From Candidatus Pacearchaeota archaeon (GTDB lineage: Archaea > Nanobdellota > Nanobdellia > Pacearchaeales > GW2011-AR1): a stretch of DNA of 15,785 bases. The translations under genes and the position numbers were made by a program. The notes beneath the pieces were generated by a model that was not told the DNA's origin, ran no database searches, and worked only from the letters and a program-made list of their open reading frames with translations. Every line of letters begins with the position of its first letter. Within the stretch, counting starts at the first letter, position 1. Below, piece by piece: positions 15,658-15,785 of the stretch. The stretch is taken from assembly GCA_050124795.1 (NCBI GenBank), contig JASFEO010000018.1, positions 1-15,785 on the forward strand. Direction: 5' to 3'.

Positions 15658-15785
15658 TTGTTAGGTTGAAAATCTCCTAAGCCGCAAGGCTTAGATTGTG
15701 GGCAATCGCCTTCAGATAAATCTCTGTTCTCACACTCTTCAAACTTTTTCCTGAAACGCTTCCGCCATACTTTCTTTTCAAACTT
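15658..15785 (-). mobile_element. 3' end of an IS5/IS4-like DDE insertion sequence
   Basis: Transposase C-terminus followed by GAGATTTTCAACCTAAC, resembling a terminal inverted repeat; exact end uncertain. Confidence 0.6.
15677..15785 (-). CDS. DDE transposase, C-terminal part (runs off the window)
   Basis: SLKRKYGGSVSGKSLKSVRTEIYLKAIAHNLSLAA*, matching the KR..G..AHNL tail typical of DDE_Tnp_1 transposases. Confidence 0.7.
   Translation of the reverse strand, partial: SLKRKYGGSVSGKSLKSVRTEIYLKAIAHNLSLAA

Overview
AT-rich archaeal window, most likely from a DPANN genome (Pacearchaeota/Woesearchaeota-like). This is inferred from the divergent archaeal 16S rRNA, a C1:G72 tRNA-Tyr with a BHB intron, no encoded CCA, and TATA-box promoters. 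It holds a 16S rRNA gene, tRNA-Ala(UGC), tRNA-Val(UAC) and an intron-containing tRNA-Tyr(GUA), all on the minus strand. Protein genes include DUF202, EamA, matrixin-CARDB, cyclophilin, a YkuD L,D-transpeptidase, two wHTH/ArsR regulators, a truncated NYN gene joined to a truncated uvrB, a sigma54-type AAA+ activator and the end of an IS5-like transposase, plus many orphan and micro-ORFs. The most striking signal is a ~105-130 nt non-coding element found downstream of both tRNA-Ala and tRNA-Val. The two copies share a scaffold with a strongly covarying helix, and each carries the T-loop and 3' acceptor sequence of its own neighbouring tRNA on either side of that helix. This is a candidate undescribed tRNA-matched structured RNA or mobile element. 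All calls were made by eye without database searches.
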